A stretch of 64,000 nucleotides of DNA, from positions 203,119-267,118 of the IMG/VR virus record IMGVR_UViG_3300030329_006583; one strand, written 5' to 3'. Both the position numbers and the translations under genes were made by a program. The notes beneath the pieces are model-generated. The model saw only the letters and a list, made by a program, of their open reading frames with translations, ran no database searches and had not been told where the DNA came from. Numbering within the stretch: the stretch's first letter is position 1; each line of letters begins with the position of its first letter. Below, one piece after another: positions 27,696-37,974 of the stretch.

Positions 27696-29306
27696 TTATG
27701 TTAAAATTTCTTCATCATCCACAATGGCACAACCCACAGAAAGTAACATCCTCGCAACTGATGATGCATTTTCCAAGGCTGTTCTCACAACCTTTACGGG
27801 ATCAATGATTCCTGTTTCAAACATATTTACCCACTCCCCGGTGGCCGCATTATATCCACTATTATAACTTGTTTTTATTGCCTTTTGCACGACAATTTCT
27901 GAACTTCCTCCAGAATTATCTACAATTTGTTTAAGCGGGGCGCAACATGCTTTGGAAACAATGTCAATGCCTACTTTAAAATCCTCTGATTCCTTAACAG
28001 ATTTGCGATTTTTTTTCAAACTGGATGATGCACGAACTAACGCCATACCACCCCCTGATACCACGCCTTCTTCGGAGGCAGCCTGGGTGGCGTGTAACGC
28101 ATCTTCTACGCGATCTTTTCTCTCCAGCAATTCTACCTCGGTAGGTGCACCCACACGAAGAACAGCAACCCCACCTGCCAAGCGTTGAATTCTTCTCGCC
28201 AAAGCCTCTCTTTCACCCGGGTCAAGGGTCATATCCTCTAAAATAGATTTTACCTCACACAATGCCTGTTTCCGAGATTCTTCACTGCCCCCTACGCCCA
28301 CAAACACAGTGCGATGTTTATAACACAAAACCTTCTTACATTTTCCTAAATCATTTAATTCGATTTTCTGTAATGACTCAGGATCAGCTGTCACCACTGG
28401 CTCACAATCCAACATTACCCCCATATCACGTATAGCAGCAACTCGAGATTCACCAAATTCCGGAGCTCGAATAGCACATACATTCAAAGTACCTTTCATT
28501 CGATTTAAAACCAGGCCTTGCAATGCCTCCCCATCCACATCATCTGCCACAATGAGTAGAGAACGCTGTTGGCGACTTACTTTTTCTAATATAGGCAGAA
28601 TCTCCTGTAAGGATGTAAGTTTCTTATTGATAAGCAAAACGGCGGGATTTTCCAAAACTGCTGCCATTTTATCCTGATCAGTCACAAAATAAGGGGAAAG
28701 AAAACCGCGATCTAATTCTAAACCCTCCACCACATCCAAGCTAGTTTGAAACCCCTTGGCTTCCTCCACAGTAATAATACCATCTTTCCCAACCTGTTTC
28801 ATGGCCGAAGCGATTAATTCACCAATGGAATCCTCTCCATTTGCTGAGATTGTACCTACCTGCGCAATTTCTTCCATGCTGGTAATGGGATTTGCCATTT
28901 CATGCAATTCACTAATAACATACTTTACCCCATATTCCATTCCCTTTTGAAGCTCTGCCGAAGAATAACCTGCAGCTAGCATCTTTAAACCTTCGGAAAA
29001 CATAGTCTGGGCAAGGACGGTAGCAGTTGTGGTACCATCCCCGGCAACATCCGCAGTGCGAGAAGAAGCTTCCTTCACCATCTGCACCCCTAAATTCCTA
29101 AACTTATCACGCAAATTAATGGATTTAGCAACTGTTACCCCATCCTTGGTCAAATGCGGCATCATTCCGGGGCGTTCAATAATAACATTCTGCCCTTTTG
29201 GCCCCATGGTAACCTTAACAGCATTGGCCAAAATATTGACCCCGTCAACCAATTCTGACCGGGCTGTTTCATCAAATTTTAAAGTTTTAAATTCTGTATC
29301 GTGCAT
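27696..29306 (-). CDS. groEL: Chaperonin GroEL (no GGM tail)
   Basis: TMGPKG, TKDGVTVAK, GDGTTTATVLA, GIIDPVKVVR. Confidence 0.95.
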   Translation of the reverse strand: MHDTEFKTLKFDETARSELVDGVNILANAVKVTMGPKGQNVIIERPGMMPHLTKDGVTVAKSINLRDKFRNLGVQMVKEASSRTADVAGDGTTTATVLAQTMFSEGLKMLAAGYSSAELQKGMEYGVKYVISELHEMANPITSMEEIAQVGTISANGEDSIGELIASAMKQVGKDGIITVEEAKGFQTSLDVVEGLELDRGFLSPYFVTDQDKMAAVLENPAVLLINKKLTSLQEILPILEKVSRQQRSLLIVADDVDGEALQGLVLNRMKGTLNVCAIRAPEFGESRVAAIRDMGVMLDCEPVVTADPESLQKIELNDLGKCKKVLCYKHRTVFVGVGGSEESRKQALCEVKSILEDMTLDPGEREALARRIQRLAGGVAVLRVGAPTEVELLERKDRVEDALHATQAASEEGVVSGGGMALVRASSSLKKNRKSVKESEDFKVGIDIVSKACCAPLKQIVDNSGGSSEIVVQKAIKTSYNSGYNAATGEWVNMFETGIIDPVKVVRTALENASSVARMLLSVGCAIVDDEEILT

Positions 29307-29491
29307 TATCCCTTCAACACCCTTTTATTTCCTTCGCTTAATAACCCACGAGTATCTAAAACCCTGCGTTCTTTTGTCACAACATTTTCAGCTACCACAA
29401 GATCACCCGATCTCAAAGCCACTTCATCCTGTTGCAACACACCCGCATTTCTCAATTTTATTAACTCATCACTAGTTAAAACATTTTCCAT
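29306..29491 (-). CDS. Small hypothetical protein
   Basis: Tiles between the exonuclease gene and groEL. Confidence 0.6.
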   Translation of the reverse strand: MENVLTSDELIKLRNAGVLQQDEVALRSGDLVVAENVVTKERRVLDTRGLLSEGNKRVLKG

Positions 29492-29492
29492 A

Positions 29493-30305
29493 TTAAACTC
29501 CCGCAGACTGTTCTAATCTTAGAAATGTCTGGTAAAATTTTACCCAAGATTTATCATTTGTAATTGAATCAAATCCAAAATCCTCAAATTTGCCCTTAAG
29601 AGATTCCCACTGCACCATAGGGGTTGAAACCTCAAATCCCCCCAACTCCTCACGCAAATCTGCAAAACCAATCAACGCCTGATTTCTCTCAAATATAAGG
29701 CGATTTTCGCCTTTTGCAAGTAGTTCCTGTAACTTTTCAGGCTCTTTCATCAATGCTTGGGCACGTTTATCACCAATCCCCTTAATCCCCTTGATGTTAT
29801 CGGCCCCGTCACCACGCAATGATTTCCATGTTACATAATCATACCCAGGATGATCTAATACCTTTTTTCGCACAGGATTGTAAATCTTGACATTGGCGTG
29901 AGTATTATATAGTTGTAGAAAATCTGTATCGCTAGAAACGACTATACAATTATCATTAGCATGTGTATATCTCACCAAATGACCCAAAACATCATCACAT
30001 TCATAATCGGGATGGCGTATTGTGGTAATTGGAAAATATTCTTCCATAAGGTTGATAATTGTTTTTTTCTGGCGTTGAAATGAATCGTCGTAAGTCCTGT
30101 CACGAGTGCCTTTATAATCGGGTGCCATTTCATATCTGTGTTTGGGATATCCTTCCAACACAAAATATGCTTTATCGGGATTAAATTTTTCAATCAAAGG
30201 CCGAAGGGAACGAAAAAAACCAAAGACAGTAGCATTATCCCCTTTCATAAACCCATAACGAGCACGATGAATGAGATTATACCCATCCAAAAACAAGACT
30301 TGCAT
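29493..30305 (-). CDS. 5'-3' exonuclease/flap endonuclease (PolI N-term, T4 RNase H-like)
   Basis: LDGYNL, YKGTR, ECDD, SSDTDFLQ, GDGADNIKGIKGIG. Confidence 0.92.
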   Translation of the reverse strand: MQVLFLDGYNLIHRARYGFMKGDNATVFGFFRSLRPLIEKFNPDKAYFVLEGYPKHRYEMAPDYKGTRDRTYDDSFQRQKKTIINLMEEYFPITTIRHPDYECDDVLGHLVRYTHANDNCIVVSSDTDFLQLYNTHANVKIYNPVRKKVLDHPGYDYVTWKSLRGDGADNIKGIKGIGDKRAQALMKEPEKLQELLAKGENRLIFERNQALIGFADLREELGGFEVSTPMVQWESLKGKFEDFGFDSITNDKSWVKFYQTFLRLEQSAGV

Positions 30306-30313
30306 TGACTCTC

Positions 30314-30772
30314 CTAATTCGTCACTTTTTTTTTATTTATAAAAACATTTTCACCAACTGAAACACCGTCCCCAATTTTAACATTTGCAACAGTGCCATC
30401 ATCCAATACAACTTTCACGGCTGTATCGTCACCTGATATTAACGGAGTTAGCTCTTCTGGGGTAGGGATGGGGTGTTCTGTTGGAAAATGTGTATGAGCC
30501 AACTCCACCGCTTGTTGGGTCATTTCGGTAATGGCGATATCGGCATTTTGGCGCAATTGTGCCTGAACTTCGTCAATAGTGGAATATATTTCGGAACCCA
30601 ATCTACCCAAATCTATAGATTCATCCCTTCCTGGAACATTTACCAGATATTGAATAGACTCACCATCAACAGATCTGCGAACAATTTGCTCTACTATTTT
30701 AACCGGTATGACGCGTTGTTTTTTAGTAAAAATAACGTAAACGACTTGCCCAACTTGATACATAAATCTCAC
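30314..30772 (-). CDS. Hypothetical protein
   Basis: ORF. Confidence 0.65.
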   Translation of the reverse strand: MRFMYQVGQVVYVIFTKKQRVIPVKIVEQIVRRSVDGESIQYLVNVPGRDESIDLGRLGSEIYSTIDEVQAQLRQNADIAITEMTQQAVELAHTHFPTEHPIPTPEELTPLISGDDTAVKVVLDDGTVANVKIGDGVSVGENVFINKKKVTN

Positions 30773-30819
30773 CTTCCTGGATAATATTATCTAGAAAGAC
30801 GAACATTTATAAAATAATA

Positions 30820-31152
30820 TTACATAAACCCGGGACCGGCAAAGCCTAATGTAGGTTGCCATTTTTTAGATGGGGTTTGGGTTGCCTGTGGCTGAGAGGG
30901 CCTCTGGAATCCAGGACCGGCAAAACCCATCGTGGTCGACAGATTGCCGTTAGCGAAACCGGTGTTAATTTGCTGCGCCTTTTGTTCGCGCAAATAAGCC
31001 GCTATTTCCTCCCGGATGATGCGCCGGATCTTCTCCTCAGCCAACAGGTCTTGAGTGGACTCAGTTACAACTTGCGGGGTGGATTCCACCATGACGTCAT
31101 TCTGAGATTTAATTCCTGACAAGACTTGCATACGTTCAACATTATATTTCAT
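30820..31152 (-). CDS. Tagged small protein with duplicated GFAGPGF motif
   Basis: ERMQVLSGI; EEKIRRIIREEI; MGFAGPGF and LGFAGPGF. Confidence 0.7.
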   Translation of the reverse strand: MKYNVERMQVLSGIKSQNDVMVESTPQVVTESTQDLLAEEKIRRIIREEIAAYLREQKAQQINTGFANGNLSTTMGFAGPGFQRPSQPQATQTPSKKWQPTLGFAGPGFM

Positions 31153-31188
31153 GTCGTTTCTCCTTACAAACCATATATATCACGTTCT

Positions 31189-31842
31189 TTAAGAAATTGA
31201 TTCCAATTCAAAACTATATTTTGTTGGAGAATGCACCCAATATTGGATACGTTCCCTGAGCTTTTGTTTTTGTTTCTCTGTTTTGGCATGTTGCAACTTA
31301 ATCCTTAGCTTATTCAGGTTAATATCATTGATATTAATTGCCTCCCCCACCAAAACACTGCATTTCTGCATACCCCTGTGCTTAGCCATGGCTACTTTCC
31401 CCCGGGAACCATTGGATACCTCCCGAAAATCCTCGGTTGTGAGATCCTTAAAATGAAGCACGGCAAACTTCATGAAATCTATGTCAGCAATAATATAAAG
31501 ATAATCCAGCGAACCTTTTTGATGAAGGGTTTGATAATCAGATTGAAAACTAATTGCCCCACCTTTATGACGACTAGTTAACTTACATTCCAATTCTTTA
31601 TCAATAGAAGGGATTACAATATCAGGTTGTCCGGTTCTCCCATCCTCATGTGCATCCGGATAGTGTTCCTTAAGAGCCTGGGCAAAGAATGCCTCCTGAG
31701 CCTGTGACATTACAATATTACGCCTGCCAAGATTATCCAAAAGATCCATGTTGTGACGTTCATATAACGACACCGCCTCTTGGTGAAAATTTTTCATTTT
31801 AGTCAAAGCTGATAGTGCCATTTCCCGTGTAACATAACCCAT
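31189..31842 (-). CDS. PD-(D/E)xK restriction-like nuclease
   Basis: GQPDIVIPSIDKELECKLT. Confidence 0.55.
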   Translation of the reverse strand: MGYVTREMALSALTKMKNFHQEAVSLYERHNMDLLDNLGRRNIVMSQAQEAFFAQALKEHYPDAHEDGRTGQPDIVIPSIDKELECKLTSRHKGGAISFQSDYQTLHQKGSLDYLYIIADIDFMKFAVLHFKDLTTEDFREVSNGSRGKVAMAKHRGMQKCSVLVGEAININDINLNKLRIKLQHAKTEKQKQKLRERIQYWVHSPTKYSFELESIS

Positions 31843-31867
31843 CTAGACCTCCGTTGTAGACCTAAAA

Positions 31868-31897
31868 ATTATACCACATATGGGGCATAATTACACG
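31868..31897 (-). promoter_or_regulatory. Promoter CGTGTAA-N17-TATAAT (TG extended -10)
   Basis: Recurrent motif. Confidence 0.65.
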
Positions 31898-31908
31898 GGA
31901 ATAACGAA

Positions 31909-32265
31909 TTATTTTTGAGGATTATAACCTAGCTTTTCTCGAACAGATTGGGTAATTTCTTTACCTTTTGCAGCTGCTTCAGCAAAGGGACCTAGGCCTA
32001 GAACCCACCGAACATTATCGTATTCTATCGGTGTCAGCCCCTTTTTTAAGGCATCCATATCACAATATTGATGCAAGGTAATTTCGGTGACAGGAAGATC
32101 TTCGCCTTGGGGGCCGGGTTCAATCTCACCTGTTTCCCTAGATTCAAAAACATATAAAACCTTTGGCATTTTCTCAGTATCAGGTACATTAATAAAAGGG
32201 ATCTTTGAAGTCAATCCCTCTTCCGACTCTTCATATAATATTTCCGGAACCCATTGTTCACTCAT
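31909..32265 (-). CDS. Hypothetical protein
   Basis: ORF with GGAGG RBS. Confidence 0.7.
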   Translation of the reverse strand: MSEQWVPEILYEESEEGLTSKIPFINVPDTEKMPKVLYVFESRETGEIEPGPQGEDLPVTEITLHQYCDMDALKKGLTPIEYDNVRWVLGLGPFAEAAAKGKEITQSVREKLGYNPQK

Positions 32266-32326
32266 AGATTAAATCCTCCTTACAACCTATTATTTTAAAA
32301 TTATCTTTTAATGTAAAAATTTTAAT

Positions 32327-32518
32327 TTAGTCGTGAAAATCTTCCGTATAAATGAAGGCAACCTTATTAATGACATAATGAATATCTCCCCGTGGGCCCC
32401 ACTTAAAAAATGGTATCATTCCACGTAACATCACACATATTCCGCTACCCATTAAAAACAGTCCCACCTTACAATGCAGTTTTAACTTTTTATAATATTC
32501 ATTCATGGGGATGCTCAT
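32327..32518 (-). CDS. Small hypothetical protein
   Basis: Overlaps the upstream stop. Confidence 0.5.
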   Translation of the reverse strand: MSIPMNEYYKKLKLHCKVGLFLMGSGICVMLRGMIPFFKWGPRGDIHYVINKVAFIYTEDFHD

Positions 32519-33738
32519 TTTTTCTTGAGATCATATGAATTTCTGAAATCATTTAAAACATCTAACAATGTTTTGCCTTGTGCTGTTTTGGCCAATGATC
32601 CCTCGTCAATCCCAAATTCTGCCTGTAAAGCCGCTAATTCTTCCTGTAACGATGATTGTAAATTCATCAGGGAATCCTGAAGTTGTTGACGCGTAGTATC
32701 TGTCGATTGTTGAAAGATTTTTTCAGCAGCGGATTTAAGTAATTCATCCTCATTAACATCGGGTAATGCCTCGTCGGGATTAAGTTTTTTACCTTCTTCT
32801 TGTGCTAGCGCCCTAATTAATTCATCTCGTTGTTCCGGATTACTTAAAAATTCCTTAGCGGATTTTTCCAGTGAAGAACGTAATGTATTTGGGTTTGCGC
32901 CCCCCAGATCCATGCCTGCCTTGGAAGCCTTTTGGAGCCCTTCTATATATTCATCCAGAGTTTTGCTATTCATCATTTCACCTATAAGTTGCCTTGAAGG
33001 CATATAAATTTCATCTAAATTTTCCAATGCATCCCTAAAACCCTCAAGGAGCTGATCAGAAGCATCCTTGAATTCGTCCAGGATACCCATTTCTTCCATC
33101 ACATCGATGATGTCAGATTGCGATATTGCACCCCCTTGTTCCAGCAAGAGATCGTTGGTTGGATAATAAGATTCTGCCACCCCAAAAAAGAACACTTTTT
33201 TTAGTGCATTAAATGCAGTTCCTATTAAACCGGTTGGATCCTTTATTTTATCTCCGCTCTCCGCGGATTCTTTTTCAGAAGGTTTACCAAATCCAGCCTC
33301 ACCAAAAAAATCTCTCACAGCATCTTTGGAATCCCAGCCTTGTTGAAGTGCCGACGCCGCCAAATACCCACCTGGATTCAATAAAAACGCTGCTAATTTA
33401 AGATCCTCTGTATCAGCGCCTAATTTTTGGCGCAAATCAGCATGTTCCTGTTTAAGGGTTTTCACCCTTTCCTTGTAATTGGTTCTTAATTCCTTTAATT
33501 TTTTAGGATCAATAGTAACCAAAACATCAAATAAAAATTTAGTGGAAGTTAGTACATCCTTAAACCCCAGCTTAGCTGCCTTGAATACATCGCTAAAAGG
33601 TTCAACAAAAATTTTACTAAATTCGCTGGTTGACATTGCAGCAAATTCATCTTCCCTCAACAGAACCTTGGCATCTGTTTCGTGTAAGATATTGCGAATA
33701 TATTTTCTTACCAACTTTTCCTGGGTAATTGCTTTCAT
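32515..33738 (-). CDS. Tagged alpha-helical protein, candidate internal virion protein
   Basis: QEKLVRKYIRNILHE...LLRE; internal LLLEQ. Confidence 0.75.
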   Translation of the reverse strand: MKAITQEKLVRKYIRNILHETDAKVLLREDEFAAMSTSEFSKIFVEPFSDVFKAAKLGFKDVLTSTKFLFDVLVTIDPKKLKELRTNYKERVKTLKQEHADLRQKLGADTEDLKLAAFLLNPGGYLAASALQQGWDSKDAVRDFFGEAGFGKPSEKESAESGDKIKDPTGLIGTAFNALKKVFFFGVAESYYPTNDLLLEQGGAISQSDIIDVMEEMGILDEFKDASDQLLEGFRDALENLDEIYMPSRQLIGEMMNSKTLDEYIEGLQKASKAGMDLGGANPNTLRSSLEKSAKEFLSNPEQRDELIRALAQEEGKKLNPDEALPDVNEDELLKSAAEKIFQQSTDTTRQQLQDSLMNLQSSLQEELAALQAEFGIDEGSLAKTAQGKTLLDVLNDFRNSYDLKKK

Positions 33739-33971
33739 TCAGGTAACCTCAATTTTTTCTTGGCTTCATTTTCATAATATTGTATCACCTCTCTTTCAAA
33801 CGCATTCAACACCTGCTTTTTTGTATAGGGATCGCGCGTTGAAAACAAGGTCCTCAATTTAGGTGACAATGATTTTAATAAATATTTCTTTACCATCATC
33901 CAATCATCAAAAAATAGTCGATGGGATATCATTATATCCAATTCTTTGATAACTTGTGATGGAATATCCAT
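33735..33971 (-). CDS. Hypothetical protein
   Basis: ORF. Confidence 0.6.
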   Translation of the reverse strand: MDIPSQVIKELDIMISHRLFFDDWMMVKKYLLKSLSPKLRTLFSTRDPYTKKQVLNAFEREVIQYYENEAKKKLRLPE

Positions 33972-34073
33972 AATAAATCCTTTCTCTAATAATATCTATG
34001 TTATAAGAAATTGAAAAACGTTTTTCAACGTTCATTTAAATAAGACGTAAATACACTTCTTAAAGGGGGAAAC

Positions 34074-34499
34074 ATGAGTGTAGGAGCAGTAGGAGCAGTA
34101 TCCAGTGGAGGCGGTGCAGCCGCAGCAGGGGCAGGACGCGTGTCTCATGGTGGTGGGGTTAGTAAAGCCGGGGCCAGTGCCGGGGTAACACCAGCAGGAA
34201 ATTCTGGTGGCAATAAATCCATATCAATGGGTGATGGAAACATGGTTGGGAATTCCCAAACACAAAACATTACCACACATAATCATTTCAACATGGGTTC
34301 TCAAGACTTTTGTGCCCTGCACAATATGTCCAATGGCAGTCAGGCCGGCGGTGTACAGGCCATGCAAGGTGGAGAGCAAATGTCAATGGAAGACATGATG
34401 AAGCTTATGATGATGATGATCATGATGAAGCTTATGGAAAAAATGATGGAAGCATTGGGCGGTGGCCAAGGCGGTGGAGCTGCAATGGCGGGTGGTTAG
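34074..34499 (+). CDS. Gly/Met-rich low-complexity protein
   Basis: Isolated plus-strand gene with purine-rich RBS; MMKLMMMMIMMKLMEKMM. Confidence 0.75.
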   Translation: MSVGAVGAVSSGGGAAAAGAGRVSHGGGVSKAGASAGVTPAGNSGGNKSISMGDGNMVGNSQTQNITTHNHFNMGSQDFCALHNMSNGSQAGGVQAMQGGEQMSMEDMMKLMMMMIMMKLMEKMMEALGGGQGGGAAMAGG

Positions 34500-34501
34500 A
34501 A

Positions 34502-35107
34502 TTAACCCATTATGATTTGCCGTACATAAGTTCTTAACATATTTTCTTGCATTCCGGGGCAAAGGATGTCACGCACATTCTTCACATCAACTCCGGCCGG
34601 CATTCCTTTCTGAAACGTATCTAGATCACAGATCTCTAAGGCATGGCGCATGGCAGTCCCCGAAATATCTGGGGTTCCCACCCCACGGGTGACGCTATCC
34701 GGATCGTCTTCTGCGACAAATATCACCTTGCCACTCTCATATAAATCTGGAAAATACCTTAGGCGATTAGAGGTAGGGTAGTTCAAGGCAGTGTCTTCCG
34801 GATCCGAATAGACCCTATAGACATCATCACCCAGGGCCTCGTTTGCCCTCTCTAGGGCACTGTAGACCTTTCGAACAGGGGAACCACCATACTCTATGGA
34901 AACATTACTCGGCATGATTGGCTCTAGCTCTTCTTTCCACACCTGTTCCATAGCGGAGCCTAGGATAGGAAGCTGGCCTTTGCGCTTACGATCTGAAATG
35001 GAAACGTATAGGATCACCTGATCATTTTCTTCTGCGGCCTTAACAACCAGCGCATGGTGACCGGCGTGATAGGGTTTCGCAGATACAGGAACCAATCCAA
35101 TTTTCAT
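34502..35107 (-). CDS. HIGH-motif nucleotidyltransferase (cytidylyltransferase/NMNAT-like) with C-terminal tag
   Basis: KPYHAGH, ISGTAMR; ends ENMLRTYVRQII. Confidence 0.8.
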   Translation of the reverse strand: MKIGLVPVSAKPYHAGHHALVVKAAEENDQVILYVSISDRKRKGQLPILGSAMEQVWKEELEPIMPSNVSIEYGGSPVRKVYSALERANEALGDDVYRVYSDPEDTALNYPTSNRLRYFPDLYESGKVIFVAEDDPDSVTRGVGTPDISGTAMRHALEICDLDTFQKGMPAGVDVKNVRDILCPGMQENMLRTYVRQIIMG

Positions 35108-35124
35108 TTAATTTTTCCTTTCAA

Positions 35125-35478
35125 TTAAAATGTATTCAATACCACATGCGCAAACAGGGTCTCAGTTTGAGGATCCCAATAAAATTGCTTAGGCCCACCG
35201 GGCATGCCGGGAGTCAATGATGAAAAGAAATGATCGGCTTGCTCTTGCGGCGGGAGACCTTTCTTAGACGACCACACCTCATGCTGATCCGGCTTATAAC
35301 TTGCCCGCGGGATATTCTGGGTCATTGCCCTAACCTCTTCCACTGTCCCAATCTTAACATCCATCTCTCTTCCGGATGGAGTTACAATCACAGTGGGGGC
35401 GCCCATGAGTTCTGCACTCTGCTCTCGCAAGAGTACTTCACCAATAATTTTCCTGAGTCGATTCTTTGTAATTTTCAC
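35125..35478 (-). CDS. Tagged hypothetical protein
   Basis: MKITKNRLRKIIGEVLLRE. Confidence 0.75.
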   Translation of the reverse strand: MKITKNRLRKIIGEVLLREQSAELMGAPTVIVTPSGREMDVKIGTVEEVRAMTQNIPRASYKPDQHEVWSSKKGLPPQEQADHFFSSLTPGMPGGPKQFYWDPQTETLFAHVVLNTF

Positions 35479-35481
35479 TTA

Positions 35482-36636
35482 TTACACCTTGATTCTATCA
35501 ATAATTTGGGGGGAGCTCATAGCGAGATCCTTGTATAATTTTTTCATGACAGCCTTGGAGATGTCTCCAATCTCTTGTTTGGTCGCCTTGTCCTTTAAGA
35601 TCTTCTTCACTTCATCCTGGATTGTCTTCACAAAGTTGGTACCCACCACCTTGTCAATCTCTTTTTTTGCTTGCTTACGGGCGATTTTCTCGATCTCTTT
35701 CTTATCGGTTTTGGTGAGCTCTTCAAATAATAAGGATTCACGTACTAATGCACCTATAATATCCTTAATCTCACTTATTTCAGGTGACGAAGTTGAAGAT
35801 AAAAATTGATACAAGCAAGCAAATGGATTGATCTTCCCAGCGCCCTCCATGGATTCCCCGGCCAAGGCTGAAAAAGAAGAATTAGGGGGATTAAAAGTTG
35901 TTATTTTTAATTCAGGTTGAATTTCATAAAACTGACTACGAGTCGAGACCCTGATCTTAAAATTTCCCGAACCAGCCACCATGGGAATGCTGGAATTTAA
36001 ACCACAGAATTCCAAGGCACCTTTAAGGCCCAAAGGATCTTGATCGCCAATTGTATAAAAATCATCCCCGGCCTGAAGATAGTGGGCAGCGGCCGCCTTA
36101 CCGATAAGATAATGCTGGGTTATAAGATTACCTACATCCACATTTTCTTCGTTAACAAAATAACGGCTCCCTCTTTCGTTAACGAAATTTCTCATCACCT
36201 CTAGAGGAACCGCCGCCGGATCCTTTAAGCCACCTTTGGTTGTGGGAATCTTGATAATGGTGTCCGGAGATACACCCATATATACCTTGAGGTCATCAAT
36301 AAATTGTGATGCAGTAGATGAATTATTCGCTAAATCCACAGCGGCATCTGCCACGGGTGATGTAGCATTAGAAGCCCAGGTCGAACCGTCATAATAAATT
36401 CGAGGATTGGCTAAGTTGTCTTTGTGGCCCATTTTAACTTCTACGTAAGTGGATCCCACTCCAGGAACCTCTACCAAAACATCCGGATATCTTACATCTC
36501 CGCCAGCTGCAGAAGCCTTAAATATTTCACGACCTGCATTATTAATTGCGCCGGCGACCTCGGCCTCAAAAGCATCAGAGGCTTTAGATTCCATTAATAG
36601 CACTTGAACCCATTTACGCAATAAACGATCATTCAT
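35482..36636 (-). CDS. Tagged PD-(D/E)xK nuclease-like protein with helical C-terminal domain
   Basis: FEAEVA...YPDVLV...YVEVKM; tag at N-term and before the tail. Confidence 0.6.
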   Translation of the reverse strand: MNDRLLRKWVQVLLMESKASDAFEAEVAGAINNAGREIFKASAAGGDVRYPDVLVEVPGVGSTYVEVKMGHKDNLANPRIYYDGSTWASNATSPVADAAVDLANNSSTASQFIDDLKVYMGVSPDTIIKIPTTKGGLKDPAAVPLEVMRNFVNERGSRYFVNEENVDVGNLITQHYLIGKAAAAHYLQAGDDFYTIGDQDPLGLKGALEFCGLNSSIPMVAGSGNFKIRVSTRSQFYEIQPELKITTFNPPNSSFSALAGESMEGAGKINPFACLYQFLSSTSSPEISEIKDIIGALVRESLLFEELTKTDKKEIEKIARKQAKKEIDKVVGTNFVKTIQDEVKKILKDKATKQEIGDISKAVMKKLYKDLAMSSPQIIDRIKV

Positions 36637-37922
36637 CCCATTCCACCCACAAATTCCCTTACATAATTACGGAGGAGCGACTCATTTTGACTCTTGGGAA
36701 TGCGCATTGCAGCACCGATGATCTGGTTGAGGGGTGCAAAGGCCCCTGTGAGCTTGTAAAGTGCCTTGCTTCCAGGAGGATGTTCGAACACGATCCCCTC
36801 CATGCTGGAAGTGATGTTCTCGGATGATCCCAATTTGCCCAACTGTTTCTCCAACATCTTGCGTCTATCATCAGCCTTGGCATCCCGCGCAGATGCAATC
36901 GCTTTCTTGGCGGATTCCAGCTCATCCTTAAGCCGATTCAATTCCTCGTCATGGCCACCGGTTAACGCCGAAGCCAATCCTGCCAACACCTCAACAGACA
37001 TATCATGAATAATTATCTCCACCGGAGACAAAATGGTACCCAAGGCTTTCATCGCATTGGCCTGAGTACCGAGGGCACTAATGCTTTTCTGCACGTCCTT
37101 CGGAAGATCTTTCTTGATATCAGCGATGGGAGGTAGGTCTTTGGATTCCATCCCTTGCCCAATCCCCATGATTCTCTTGATCAGCGTCTCTTGTTTGTGA
37201 ACCGGAATTGGCAGGTCTCCGACCAAACCCGTTCGTAGTTTTTCCTCAGCATAATCGCCCAGCGTCATGTTATCTGTAACGCCTAACCCATCAAGTCGAC
37301 TCGCAAGAGTATCATATAGCTCGGTACCGCTTAGGTCCTGCAGTTCTATCACCTGCGGACCAATCATCTTCCAGGTCTCATCATCCAGATCTACCTGGGA
37401 ATCATCAATGGCCTGCACAAGCTTACCGAACTCACCACCGTTCAATTGGACGTCAGCCAGTTTACCAGCTTCATCAAACTCCTGAAGGTTGTGCATGACG
37501 ATGTAGTCACCACCGTAATTGATGACATTGGGCTTACCCGTATAGATAATCTCAGCGTTGATGAAACGTTGACCGCCGGACTCAAAGATCTCTTCCAGCT
37601 CCATGGGACTCAGTCGACCCAATCCCCGTTCAATAGCTGCAAACCCATTCATAAAAGCGCCTTTTGCGGGATGACCTTCCCATTTGGCAGTGAACTCAGC
37701 GGGGTTCATCCCACCCTTGAGTAGATCACCCTTATTCCGAGCTGTTCGAATATTGCCTGTTTTGGGATCAATCTTAAACGCAAAGAAGATGTTTTGGCCA
37801 TCAACCTTTTCAACCACCGGCATATCACCCCTAATCACCTTTTGGAGCACACCTTTCAATTCCCCAAAGGTAATATCCAGGTTTTCTTGTAAATGATTTA
37901 GATGACCTGCTAGCGCTCCCAT
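36633..37922 (-). CDS. Ligase-like nucleotidyltransferase (KxDG, DUF6267-like) with C-terminal tag
   Basis: GHLNHL, VEKVDGQN, EGIVF...YKLTGAFAPLNQI; ends ESLLRNYVREFV. Confidence 0.7.
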   Translation of the reverse strand: MGALAGHLNHLQENLDITFGELKGVLQKVIRGDMPVVEKVDGQNIFFAFKIDPKTGNIRTARNKGDLLKGGMNPAEFTAKWEGHPAKGAFMNGFAAIERGLGRLSPMELEEIFESGGQRFINAEIIYTGKPNVINYGGDYIVMHNLQEFDEAGKLADVQLNGGEFGKLVQAIDDSQVDLDDETWKMIGPQVIELQDLSGTELYDTLASRLDGLGVTDNMTLGDYAEEKLRTGLVGDLPIPVHKQETLIKRIMGIGQGMESKDLPPIADIKKDLPKDVQKSISALGTQANAMKALGTILSPVEIIIHDMSVEVLAGLASALTGGHDEELNRLKDELESAKKAIASARDAKADDRRKMLEKQLGKLGSSENITSSMEGIVFEHPPGSKALYKLTGAFAPLNQIIGAAMRIPKSQNESLLRNYVREFVGGMG

Positions 37923-37945
37923 GTAACCTCCTATATTACATAGAT

Positions 37946-37974
37946 ATTATACCATATCTCATGTAATTTTGCAT
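37946..37974 (-). promoter_or_regulatory. Promoter ATGCAA-N17-TATAAT
   Basis: Variant of the recurrent motif. Confidence 0.55.
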
